Positions 17,600 through 26,854 of a DNA stretch of 64,000 nucleotides are shown in pieces (position 1 is the stretch's first letter; the number at the start of each line of letters is the position of its first letter). The position numbers and the translations under genes were made by a program. Source of the DNA: a virus. Lineage: Duplodnaviria; Caudoviricetes. A model generated the notes under the pieces. That model saw only the letters and a list, made by a program, of their open reading frames with translations. It was not told the DNA's origin and searched no databases. The stretch is taken from IMG/VR virus record IMGVR_UViG_3300021959_007005. One strand, 5' to 3'.

Positions 17600-18131
17600 A
17601 ACATTATTAGCAATGTCATTTTTGACAGTAGCAGGATGTACAACAATGCCATTGTCTGCAATGGCAAATAGTAGTTATCAAACACAGGGTATTGTAAAAC
17701 ATATTACACCAGTATATACTCAAGTACGACAACAACAGCCACAACAAAGTTGTCAAAATGTTGATGTACCAATTTACGGTCAAGCTGGCGGCGGTGATGC
17801 TGGTGCCAATGCACTTGCAGGCATGATTATTGGTGGATTACTTGGTAAAGGTGTTACTGGAAAAGATAAAGGCGCCGCTGCAGGTGCAGTAATTGGTGGT
17901 ATTGTAGGGGCCAATAATTCACAAGGACAGCGTGTAATTACTGGATATCGTACGCAGAGACAATGTAATACTACCTATCAATATGTTAGTACCAGGGTTA
18001 TTAATGAGTATGATATCACTTATAATATTGACGGTAGAAATGTTAGCTTTCGTGTTAACCGAGCACAAGGTGAACGGTTACGTGTAGGGCAATGGAAAAC
18101 CTTTCGTATTCGCTATCAAATGTTAAATTAA
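17586..18131 (+). CDS. Glycine-zipper outer-membrane lipoprotein (YcfJ/17-kDa-like)
   Basis: Lipobox VAGC; AGMIIGGLLG...GAAAGAVIGGIVG; start re-called. Confidence 0.8.
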   Translation: MKVVKTLLAMSFLTVAGCTTMPLSAMANSSYQTQGIVKHITPVYTQVRQQQPQQSCQNVDVPIYGQAGGGDAGANALAGMIIGGLLGKGVTGKDKGAAAGAVIGGIVGANNSQGQRVITGYRTQRQCNTTYQYVSTRVINEYDITYNIDGRNVSFRVNRAQGERLRVGQWKTFRIRYQMLN

Positions 18132-18179
18132 CATTTACGCTATACCGTAAGAAACAATAATTTACGCTGGAGAGTAAAC

Positions 18180-18530
18180 ATGAGTATGCATTTAGTTGGT
18201 CCATACATGACCACTACACAGTACAATCGTAAAAAGAAAAAAGTCAACGCCAAAACAATAAAGGCAAACGCAGAGCATGAAAAATGGTTAGCTAAAATGG
18301 GCGTGGGTAAATCTAAAACCAAACACACTAACGAAATACCTGATTACAGTACTACACAAGAAGTAGAGCTTAGTAATCAGATTGCTGGACATGGTCCTGC
18401 TAAAGAAAGTATGACATACAGTGGAGAGAGACAGTTACTTGGTATTGCCACGATGCATAAATCAAATATGGTTCCTATCTTCGCCGATAAAAAAGAAGAT
18501 GCAAAAGATATTGCGAGTATGAGACGATAA
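18180..18530 (+). CDS. Conserved phage hypothetical protein
   Basis: MHLVGPYMTT...GIATMHKSNMVPIF. Confidence 0.6.
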   Translation: MSMHLVGPYMTTTQYNRKKKKVNAKTIKANAEHEKWLAKMGVGKSKTKHTNEIPDYSTTQEVELSNQIAGHGPAKESMTYSGERQLLGIATMHKSNMVPIFADKKEDAKDIASMRR

Positions 18531-18659
18531 TGAAATGGTGGGACTATCCAGTTTGCATATTCTTTGCCTTTAATCTTTGGATAAGTTTGTTATCTTTTAA
18601 CTTGCTTTCTTTAGCAATACATTGTATACTATGGATACAATATGAAAACTGGAGGAAAA

Positions 18660-19202
18660 ATGCCAATTCACGCAATGATTGATTTAGAAACATTGGCAAC
18701 CGACCCACACTGTACAGTGCTGACAGTTGGCGGTGTTAAGTTTAATCCGAATAACGATAATGAACCATATGACGAGTTTTACTATAAATTAGATATTGAC
18801 GAACAAGACGCTCTTGGTCGAACAGTTACCGACTCAACAATTGAATGGTGGGGTAAACAAGATCCCAAAGTAAAAGAAGAAGCATTTGGTGATAATGGTG
18901 ACCGAGTTAGTATGGAGGCAATGTTAACTGCTCTTAGTAAATGGCTTGTTGGTGCTGATACAATCTGGGGGTGGGGATATGGATTTGATTTAACTATTAT
19001 TGAAGATATGTACCGATCAAAAGGTATTCCAATTCCTTATAACTTCTGGCAAGTAAAAGATGCAAGAACATTTATCAGTATATTGCCAAGTGATCCACGT
19101 AAAACTATGCAACAAGATTTACATAATGCACTTGCTGATAGTTACTATCAAGCAAAAGCAATTCAAATAGCACATCAAAAACTACTATGTGTACAGCAAT
19201 AA
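18660..19202 (+). CDS. DEDDh 3'-5' exonuclease (Rv2179c-like)
   Basis: MIDLETL, FDLTII, HNALADSYYQA; GGAGG RBS. Confidence 0.85.
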   Translation: MPIHAMIDLETLATDPHCTVLTVGGVKFNPNNDNEPYDEFYYKLDIDEQDALGRTVTDSTIEWWGKQDPKVKEEAFGDNGDRVSMEAMLTALSKWLVGADTIWGWGYGFDLTIIEDMYRSKGIPIPYNFWQVKDARTFISILPSDPRKTMQQDLHNALADSYYQAKAIQIAHQKLLCVQQ

Positions 19203-19276
19203 ATATAGTACAGTGGACTAAAAAAGGATCGACCCACTATAAAGACTCCGCTCCTAACACATCATAAGGAGAAATT

Positions 19277-19729
19277 ATGGCTTATTATAGCACAAAAACA
19301 TACGGACACAACATTGGACTAAGTGCAGTATTCCGTCAACCACATGCAGATCATTCACATTGCAAGTTTTTACATGGATATAGTTTGGCATTCAAGTTTA
19401 CGTTTGGATGCGACGAACTAGATAACAAAAACTGGGCTGTTGACTTCGGTGGATTGAAGCCACTCAAGAAGTGGTTGGAAGATACATTTGATCACAAGAC
19501 AGTAATTGATCGTGAAGATCCATACTTATATAAGTTTTCTGAACTTGAGAGTATGGGGTTATGTGAAGTTACGGTTCTAGATGGAGTTGGTGCAGAAAAG
19601 TTTGCAGAACACGCATGTAAATTTGCAGATAAATTAATACGTGAAGCCACAGACAATCGTTGTTATTGTGTGAGTGCTGAATGTAGTGAACACGGCGCAA
19701 ACTCAGCAATTTATGAAATGGAGAAATAA
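19277..19729 (+). CDS. queD: 6-carboxytetrahydropterin synthase
   Basis: HSHCKFLHGYS, WAVDFGGLK, FDHKT, GAEKFA, EHGANSAIY. Confidence 0.9.
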   Translation: MAYYSTKTYGHNIGLSAVFRQPHADHSHCKFLHGYSLAFKFTFGCDELDNKNWAVDFGGLKPLKKWLEDTFDHKTVIDREDPYLYKFSELESMGLCEVTVLDGVGAEKFAEHACKFADKLIREATDNRCYCVSAECSEHGANSAIYEMEK

Positions 19730-20178
19730 TGCCACATTTTCAAGTTAAAACTTATGGTGATGAGTATAATTTGTCAGTTGCATTTCGAGTATTCGAAAAT
19801 ATGGAAACTGAAAATCCAAAAAGACACCTAACTGGTCACACTTTAAACTTTAAAATTACAATTGCATGCCATGATGTTGATGAAAATCTTGAAGTTATAA
19901 GCAGTTTTAACTGGTTGGAAGACTGGTTATTCACCAGATGGCGTAACACTGTAATAGTAGACATAGCAGATCCTTATCTTGACGAGTTTCGAAATATGGA
20001 AAAGTTAGACCTGCTAAAACTTTTTGAAGTAGACGGCACTGGTGTACATGCGTTTGCAAAAGAAGTTCTGAGTTATGGAAGCATCTATATTAAAAGAAAT
20101 ACTGATAATCGTTGTTGGATTGCATCTGTAGAATGTACTGTTGGTAATGAAACTGGCGTATACATGGGCGATATATAA
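19729..20178 (+). CDS. Degenerate QueD paralogue
   Basis: Colinear with QueD but HLTGHT / WRNT / TVGNE replace catalytic motifs. Confidence 0.7.
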   Translation: MPHFQVKTYGDEYNLSVAFRVFENMETENPKRHLTGHTLNFKITIACHDVDENLEVISSFNWLEDWLFTRWRNTVIVDIADPYLDEFRNMEKLDLLKLFEVDGTGVHAFAKEVLSYGSIYIKRNTDNRCWIASVECTVGNETGVYMGDI

Positions 20179-20190
20179 AGGAAAAATATT

Positions 20191-20484
20191 ATGAAATGGA
20201 TTAACAAACTCTTTGGTTATAATTCAACAGAATCTAATCAAAAAGAAGCAATGGATGAAGTAGTTAATGTATTTAAAAATGCCACGGCTACTAACGCATT
20301 GGTTATTAGTCCAAGAGAAAAAATTACTAACGAATCTAACAAACATACTGTACGTAGCTTAAATAAGTTAAATAAAAAACAGCTAATTGATCTAGCTACA
20401 GATGAATTGGGAATAGAAATAGATCAAAGAAATAAAAAAGTTGATATTATAAATCAGTTTTTAGCAGAAGCAAGTAAGGATTAA
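20191..20484 (+). CDS. Hypothetical protein, C-terminal Rho-N-like helical motif
   Basis: LNKLNKKQLIDLA...KKVDII. Confidence 0.5.
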   Translation: MKWINKLFGYNSTESNQKEAMDEVVNVFKNATATNALVISPREKITNESNKHTVRSLNKLNKKQLIDLATDELGIEIDQRNKKVDIINQFLAEASKD

Positions 20485-20490
20485 ACTTAA

Positions 20491-20847
20491 TTGACGTATA
20501 TTGTTAACGATGCTTGTATTTTGTGTAAGCATACAGATTGTGTAGAGGTTTGTCCTGTAGACTGCTTTTACGAAGGCGAAAACACTCTTGTAATTAATCC
20601 AGTTGAATGTATCGACTGTGGGGTATGTGAGCCAGAATGCCCAGAGGGTGCAATATTTCCAGATACTGCACCAGAATCTGAAGGATGGGTTGAAATTAAT
20701 CAAAGATATGCTGATATATGGCCAGTAATTACTGAAAAAAGAGAACCACTACCTGACCACAAATACTATGGTCCCAAAGGTGGTACATGGGATCCATTAA
20801 AATCAAAACTACATTTGTTCAGTAAAAATCCAGGAGAAGGCAGTTGA
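20491..20847 (+). CDS. fdxA: 7Fe ferredoxin (FdxA type)
   Basis: [30 protein letters not shown]. Confidence 0.92.
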   Translation: MTYIVNDACILCKHTDCVEVCPVDCFYEGENTLVINPVECIDCGVCEPECPEGAIFPDTAPESEGWVEINQRYADIWPVITEKREPLPDHKYYGPKGGTWDPLKSKLHLFSKNPGEGS

Positions 20848-21506
20848 GTAAAATTATTGTCGCATTAGATTATACTAATCCATTAGATGCATTAGAAATG
20901 GCGGCAAAATTAAGACACCATGTAGACGGATTTAAAACTAATCACACACTGTGGAGTCAAAGTGTTTACATTAAAGATTATACAGAAGGTAAAGAACTAT
21001 TTGTTGACTGTAAACTATGGGACACACCAAATACTGTAAAGCAAGTTGTACAGAAAATTGTAGACAAGGGCGCTACAATGACAACTATATGCACACACAA
21101 TAATGAAGCAGTATTTGAAGAACTTAAACAATTTTCAAATCAAATTAAACTACTGGGCGTTACATATCTCACCAGTTGGAGCGGCAGTGACTTGTTAAAC
21201 ATATTGCACTATTTGCCTAAAGGTGTAGACGCAATGTGGAGAGACAACATCGAACGAGTACAAAAGCACGGTTTTAGTGGTATGATATGTAGCCCTGCAG
21301 ACTTAGCAATAGTAAAGCCCTTAGCACAAGATATGATAACAGTCTGTCCTGGCATTGGAAGCAATAAAGGACAAGTGAGAGCAGTTACGGCCCAAGAAGC
21401 ATATAACATGGGCGCTGACTATTTGGTTATTGGTAGAACTATTACTGAAAGTGACGATCCTATTAGGGCTATTGAACAAATTAAGGAAAGCATGAGTTGC
21501 TCATAA
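20844..21506 (+). CDS. pyrF: Orotidine-5'-phosphate decarboxylase
   Basis: [31 protein letters not shown]. Confidence 0.9.
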   Translation: MSKIIVALDYTNPLDALEMAAKLRHHVDGFKTNHTLWSQSVYIKDYTEGKELFVDCKLWDTPNTVKQVVQKIVDKGATMTTICTHNNEAVFEELKQFSNQIKLLGVTYLTSWSGSDLLNILHYLPKGVDAMWRDNIERVQKHGFSGMICSPADLAIVKPLAQDMITVCPGIGSNKGQVRAVTAQEAYNMGADYLVIGRTITESDDPIRAIEQIKESMSCS

Positions 21507-21528
21507 ATACTCCATAGAGGAGTACACA

Positions 21529-21975
21529 ATGAGTAAAGAAATTGAATTATATAACTTTCGGGTTAAACAAGTAACAAGAGTGGTTGACGGTGACACATTT
21601 GACTGTATACTAGATTTAGGATTCGACGTATTACTAGCAGGAAGAGTTAGGATGTTGGGTATAGATACTCCGGAGAGCCGTACACGAGATTTAGAAGAAA
21701 AAGCATACGGATTACTTGCAAAAGACTGGTTATATGAAAACATTAAAGGCGAAGAAATTATTGTGCAAACTGTAGTAGACAATGAAAAAGGTAAGTTCGG
21801 ACGTATATTAGGAACAGTACTAGTAGACGGAGTAGACATTAATGCTAAGATGATTACTGAAGGACATGCAACAGCATATCATGGACAGTCAAAAGATGAT
21901 ATTGCACAAGCACACTTAAATAACAGAGCAATGCTAACAGAGCGTGGCATTATACCAGAACCAATAGAGAAGTAA
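21529..21975 (+). CDS. Thermonuclease (SNase) family protein
   Basis: VVDGDT, RMLGIDTPESRT, GKFGRILG. Confidence 0.85.
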   Translation: MSKEIELYNFRVKQVTRVVDGDTFDCILDLGFDVLLAGRVRMLGIDTPESRTRDLEEKAYGLLAKDWLYENIKGEEIIVQTVVDNEKGKFGRILGTVLVDGVDINAKMITEGHATAYHGQSKDDIAQAHLNNRAMLTERGIIPEPIEK

Positions 21976-21976
21976 A

Positions 21977-22288
21977 ATGCAGATACCATTAACAGTTACC
22001 GAATCAGCTAAAAGTTACTTGCAAGAAATGTTGCTACAAAACAAAAAGCAATATGTAAGGTTGGCAGTTCAAGGCGGCGGCTGTAGTGGATTTAAGTATG
22101 ATTGGGACTTTACAGATGAGCCAGAAGGAAAAGTAATAGACGATATTCTAGAACTTGATCCAATGAGCGAAATGTTTGTTTTCGGTTGTACAGTTGATTA
22201 TATAAGAGAACTTGGCGGCAACTATCTAGTTGTCAAAAATCCAAACGCGACAGCTTCATGTGGCTGTGGCGAAAGTTTTAACGTTTAA
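21977..22288 (+). CDS. A-type Fe-S carrier (IscA/HesB)
   Basis: GGGCSGFKY, NPNATASCGCGESF. Confidence 0.9.
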   Translation: MQIPLTVTESAKSYLQEMLLQNKKQYVRLAVQGGGCSGFKYDWDFTDEPEGKVIDDILELDPMSEMFVFGCTVDYIRELGGNYLVVKNPNATASCGCGESFNV

Positions 22289-22303
22289 CCATAAGAGGAA
22301 ATA

Positions 22304-23236
22304 ATGACTGTAAAAATCTTGAGCGGTAATAGTAATTTACCTTTTGCTACTAATGTAGCCACCCACTGTTTTACCGATTTGGTACCATCCAATATTAAAC
22401 AATTTGCAGACGGAGAAATATGTACAGAAGTACTTGAAAATATCCGTGGAAAAGATTTATTTTTAATTCAAAGCACTTGTACTCCAGTTAATGATAACTT
22501 AATGGAATTATTAATTATGATAGACACTGCAAAACGATCAAGTGCAAAAAGAATTACCGCAGTTATTCCTTATTTTGGTTATGCGAGACAAGATCGTAAA
22601 AGTGCAAGTCGTACACCTATTACTGCAAAACTAGTAGCAGATTTACTAACAACAGCAGGTGCAGATAGAGTCCTTACAATGGATCTACATGCAGGACAGA
22701 TACAAGGATTTTTTGATATTCCAGTAGATGATTTAACAAGCCGTGTAGTATTTGCTAAAGACATTGAACAACATATTAATGTAAGTGAAGGGACAGTATT
22801 TGTATCTCCAGACGCAGGTGGTGTTGTGAGAGCTCGTAAATTTGCTGATACATTTGCTGGTGATATTGCTATCGTAGACAAGGTTCGTCCAGAAGCAGGA
22901 AAATCTGAAGTAATGAATTTAATTGGGGAGGTAAAAAACAAACACGCAATTTTAGTAGATGATATCGTAGACAGCGGAGGAACGTTATGTAATGCAGCTC
23001 AAGCAATTATAGATGCAGGTGCATTAAGTGTTCGTGCTTATATTACACATGGGGTGTTAAGTGGTACAGCTAGTGAAAAGATTCAAAAAAGTGTATTGGA
23101 AGAACTTGTTATTAGTGATACAATTCAATATACTGGAAAAACCAAAAAGATTAGAACTGTAACAGTAAGCAAACTATTTGGTGAAGCTATTAGACGCATC
23201 ACTAATGAAGAATCAGTCTCAAGTCTATTTCAATGA
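22304..23236 (+). CDS. prs: Ribose-phosphate pyrophosphokinase
   Basis: FADGE, PYFGYARQDRK, DLHAGQIQGFF, SPDAGG, VDDIVDSGGT. Confidence 0.95.
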   Translation: MTVKILSGNSNLPFATNVATHCFTDLVPSNIKQFADGEICTEVLENIRGKDLFLIQSTCTPVNDNLMELLIMIDTAKRSSAKRITAVIPYFGYARQDRKSASRTPITAKLVADLLTTAGADRVLTMDLHAGQIQGFFDIPVDDLTSRVVFAKDIEQHINVSEGTVFVSPDAGGVVRARKFADTFAGDIAIVDKVRPEAGKSEVMNLIGEVKNKHAILVDDIVDSGGTLCNAAQAIIDAGALSVRAYITHGVLSGTASEKIQKSVLEELVISDTIQYTGKTKKIRTVTVSKLFGEAIRRITNEESVSSLFQ

Positions 23237-24198
23237 CAGTTAAAGTAGGCATTAATGGATTTGGAAGAATAGGTCGGTGCGTAGCTCGTCATATACTTGA
23301 CGAGAGAGATGATCTGACTCTAGTAAAAATAAACGCAAGTGGTGATGTTGAATCTAATATCCATTTGTTACATTACGATAGTATTCACGGTCGTTGGGCC
23401 GGACAACTAAGCGACAAGCTAAAATGGAGTCATACTAGGGACATAGAAATGATAGATTGGTCCGGTGTTGATGTTGTACTGGAATGTACAGGCGCATTTA
23501 ACGATGGAGAAGTATCAAAAGTACACATTGAGAACGGAGCAAAGAAAGTTCTTATTAGTGCGCCTGCTAAGAATGTAGACAAAACAATTGTATATGGAGT
23601 TAACCATGAAGAAGCCACCAGTAGTGACAAAATTATCAGCAATGCAAGTTGCACAACAAATTGTCTTGGGCCAATGGCAAAGATATTGCATCAAGAGTTT
23701 GGGATTAAAAGGGGAATAATGACAACAGTACACAGTTACACTGGTGACCAAAGTACAGTTGACCGACGACATAAAGATCCCTATCGTGCTAGAACAGCAG
23801 GCATGAGTATGATACCCACCAGCACAGGTGCAACAAAAAACATAGGATTAATTATTCCCGAATTAGAAGGAAAATTAACAGGCAGTGCAATTAGAGTACC
23901 AACCGCAAATGTAAGTTGTGTTGATTTTACTTTTGAAAGTGATACAGATACTTCAGTTGATGATATTAATACGGCATTATACAATGCAAGTGTGAATGAT
24001 ATGAACGGAGTACTTGGATATGAAATTGCACCATTAGTTAGTATAGATTATAACCATACTAGTGAAAGCTGTATTGTTGCAGCCGACCAAACAAAAGTAG
24101 TAGACAAAAGGATGGTTCGTGTGTTAGGATGGTATGATAATGAATGGGGGTTTTCATGTCGCATGGCTGATAATGCCGCACATATAGCTAAACTATGA
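23233..24198 (+). CDS. gap: Type I glyceraldehyde-3-phosphate dehydrogenase
   Basis: GINGFGRIGR, SNASCTTNCL, PTSTGA, WYDNEWGFS; INAS instead of IND. Confidence 0.95.
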   Translation: MTVKVGINGFGRIGRCVARHILDERDDLTLVKINASGDVESNIHLLHYDSIHGRWAGQLSDKLKWSHTRDIEMIDWSGVDVVLECTGAFNDGEVSKVHIENGAKKVLISAPAKNVDKTIVYGVNHEEATSSDKIISNASCTTNCLGPMAKILHQEFGIKRGIMTTVHSYTGDQSTVDRRHKDPYRARTAGMSMIPTSTGATKNIGLIIPELEGKLTGSAIRVPTANVSCVDFTFESDTDTSVDDINTALYNASVNDMNGVLGYEIAPLVSIDYNHTSESCIVAADQTKVVDKRMVRVLGWYDNEWGFSCRMADNAAHIAKL

Positions 24199-24557
24199 AC
24201 TGCATATGTCGCAACAGAGAACTTGTAATGGAGTTACCTAGTAGCGCATTTTCAGTACGATGCGCCGGCTGTCATGGAACAGTATACGGCTTAGAGAAAG
24301 AAGATTGTAGGCAAGTTAGGTTACCAAATATGTACAAAGCAGTAATAACATTAAAATTGGGTATACTAGATAATGCAGGAAATGCTGTTACCCATGCACT
24401 AAAATATTTAGGATTTCCAGAAGTAAACAGTGTACGTATTGGAAAGATATTAGAATACAATGCAGACAGTCTAGAACAGGCTTGTGCAATTGCTGAAAGT
24501 CAAACTAACGAAGTAATGGAAGACTATGAAGTTAGTGAAATAACGGAAAACAATTAG
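24195..24557 (+). CDS. purS: PurS with a Cys-rich N-terminal extension
   Basis: ITLKLGILDNAGNAV..AL..LGF...VRIGK...NEVMEDY; upstream CxC/CxxC segment in frame. Confidence 0.75.
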   Translation: MNCICRNRELVMELPSSAFSVRCAGCHGTVYGLEKEDCRQVRLPNMYKAVITLKLGILDNAGNAVTHALKYLGFPEVNSVRIGKILEYNADSLEQACAIAESQTNEVMEDYEVSEITENN

Positions 24558-25421
24558 ATGGCAGTGGGTAGACATTTATCATCAATGAATAAACATAGGA
24601 GTAAATGGAAAGATATGACATTTATCGCAGCAATGGATCACAGTGGTGGTTCAACAGGTGGCGTACTAGAACGCTACGGACAAGAATATACTGAAGAAAA
24701 TAAAATGGATCTTGTGCATGATATGAGATTGCGCATGATTAACAATCATAATTTTAATAGTAGTTACATTCAGGCGGCTATTGTATATAAAGATAGTGTT
24801 GATCGGGGAATTGTTAACGTACTAGAAAGAAAGGGTATTAAAACATATCTTAAAATAGATAGTGGATGCAATGAAGACGGAACACTTAAACAGTTTCCAG
24901 TAAAACAGATGATTTCATATGCTAAAAACTATGGATGCATTGGAACAAAGATGCGTAGTATTGTAAAAACTACAGAAATATTGGATAAGGTGTTAGAGCA
25001 ACAATTTACACTTGCTACTACTATCTACAAGGCAGGACTAATGCCAATTATTGAACCTGAAATTCCAATTGATCATCCAAAAAAAGATCTATTAGAAAAA
25101 TTATTAGACGCTAGACTTAGAGCATTTTTAGAAAAGTATACTGGAATGTGTATTCTTAAATTAACACTTCCTGAAGAGTCTAACCAGTATTTACATACAT
25201 CCAAGTCTCCTAAAGTACACAAACTAGTAGGGTTATCTGGCGGATACGATAATAAAGAAGCATGTGAGAGACTTTCAAAAAATAGCAATATGACAGCAAG
25301 TTTTAGTAGAGCACTTAGTGAACATCTTTATTATACTGACAGCGAAGAATATTTTGATGTTGCTATTACAAAAAATATAACCAATATTTATAAAGCAGCG
25401 AATTCAGGAAATGAAAGTTAA
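24558..25421 (+). CDS. fda: Class I fructose-bisphosphate aldolase (bacterial Fda type); start uncertain
   Basis: FIAAMDHSGGST, LKIDSG, GTKMRS, PIIEPE, LKLTLP, VGLSGGY, ASFSRAL. Confidence 0.88.
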   Translation: MAVGRHLSSMNKHRSKWKDMTFIAAMDHSGGSTGGVLERYGQEYTEENKMDLVHDMRLRMINNHNFNSSYIQAAIVYKDSVDRGIVNVLERKGIKTYLKIDSGCNEDGTLKQFPVKQMISYAKNYGCIGTKMRSIVKTTEILDKVLEQQFTLATTIYKAGLMPIIEPEIPIDHPKKDLLEKLLDARLRAFLEKYTGMCILKLTLPEESNQYLHTSKSPKVHKLVGLSGGYDNKEACERLSKNSNMTASFSRALSEHLYYTDSEEYFDVAITKNITNIYKAANSGNES

Positions 25422-25434
25422 AAGGAAATCATGT

Positions 25435-25716
25435 ATGACTGAAATTAAACAAGCGATACAAGCAAGTCAATACGGACACCCTAATGTATATCCTAACAGC
25501 GAACACATTAAACCGCCGATGGAAAAAGAACGTATTCGAGTTATAGAAGCAGCTACACGAGCAGATCTAAAATTAGATCAAACTAGGAAAGTTGAAGAAC
25601 GAATGTTAGAGATTCAACAACTAAGAGATCAAGCTGCTACTCGCTACGACCGAAGCGGTAAAACTGTAAGCCCAGGAGAAACTCAAGGGCAGTTTATAGA
25701 TTTAGAAGTAAAATGA
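25435..25716 (+). CDS. Hypothetical protein
   Basis: Ends GQFIDLEVK; start re-called. Confidence 0.5.
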   Translation: MTEIKQAIQASQYGHPNVYPNSEHIKPPMEKERIRVIEAATRADLKLDQTRKVEERMLEIQQLRDQAATRYDRSGKTVSPGETQGQFIDLEVK

Positions 25717-26423
25717 GTACTAAACAAGAATGGTCTTTTATACACGGCTTAATTAAACTACAACGTCCTAGAATAGCAATAGAAATAGGAGTTGCTGAAG
25801 GACGTATGGCTAATGCAATATACAGTGCATTAAATGAAAACACACAAGATACAGATATTGAATCTTGGTATACAGGATTTGATATTTGGGATACACATGG
25901 CGTAAGTGGTCAATTTTCACAAATGGGATCATTTGAACACGTCGATGAAAAATTAAAACATATTGGAGATCGTTATTCACTTGTCAAATTAGACACACAA
26001 AAAGATCAAGACACATTTAGGAAAGAACTTACTAGTCGTTTTACACTTGGTATTGATTTTGCATTTATAGATGGCTGTCATAGTTATGAAGGAATTAAAA
26101 ATGATTTCTTTAATGTATGGACGCATATGAATCCACAAGGTATAATAGTATTTCATGATACCGCAGTAATAGATGGATGTAGAGAATTTATTGCAGATCT
26201 ACGCATACATAATAATGGAAGTTATGATATTAGCGACTATCCATACGGAACAGACGAACGTAATTGTGGCATTACATTAATAACAACCCCAGGATTTGGT
26301 GATGTTAAAATAGATGAAATATGTACAAGTATTAGTACTCCATCTGAAATATATGAGAAAGAAAAAAATCCATTAACACCAACTAGTCAATGGTGGCTAG
26401 ATAATTTAAAAGAAAGAATATAA
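25713..26423 (+). CDS. Class I SAM methyltransferase (Methyltransf_24-like)
   Basis: IEIGVAEG, FAFIDGCHSYE, IIVFHD. Confidence 0.8.
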   Translation: MSTKQEWSFIHGLIKLQRPRIAIEIGVAEGRMANAIYSALNENTQDTDIESWYTGFDIWDTHGVSGQFSQMGSFEHVDEKLKHIGDRYSLVKLDTQKDQDTFRKELTSRFTLGIDFAFIDGCHSYEGIKNDFFNVWTHMNPQGIIVFHDTAVIDGCREFIADLRIHNNGSYDISDYPYGTDERNCGITLITTPGFGDVKIDEICTSISTPSEIYEKEKNPLTPTSQWWLDNLKERI

Positions 26424-26780
26424 ATGACAAACCCATTTAAAGATATTGAAACATTTGGCACAGCATGTGACCAACCACCCAGTGAAGCAAATTACAAGAT
26501 GTATCTAAGTCTTGTAGATGAAGAAATGGATGAGCTATTAGAAGCTGTTGCTGCAAATGATAAAGTAGAACAACTAGATGCACTAATTGATATTCTTGTT
26601 GTTACTATGGGTGCTATTCGTGCCGCAGGTTGGGATGGCGAAGCGGCCTGGAAAGAAGTAATGGACACAAACTTTGCTAAGATTGATCCAGACACAGGCA
26701 AAGTACGCAAACGTGAAGACGGAAAAGTACTAAAGCCAGAAGGTTGGAAAGCACCACAACTAGCACAGTTTGTTGAGTAA
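26424..26780 (+). CDS. MazG-like NTP pyrophosphohydrolase
   Basis: EEMDEL, DALIDILVV, VMDTNFAK, REDGKVLKPEGW. Confidence 0.8.
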   Translation: MTNPFKDIETFGTACDQPPSEANYKMYLSLVDEEMDELLEAVAANDKVEQLDALIDILVVTMGAIRAAGWDGEAAWKEVMDTNFAKIDPDTGKVRKREDGKVLKPEGWKAPQLAQFVE

Positions 26781-26854
26781 TAAATAATTTTTGTAATACA
26801 AAAGTATTATATTTGTGAGCGACGGGGTAAAGCCGTCAAGCAAAGGAGATTATT

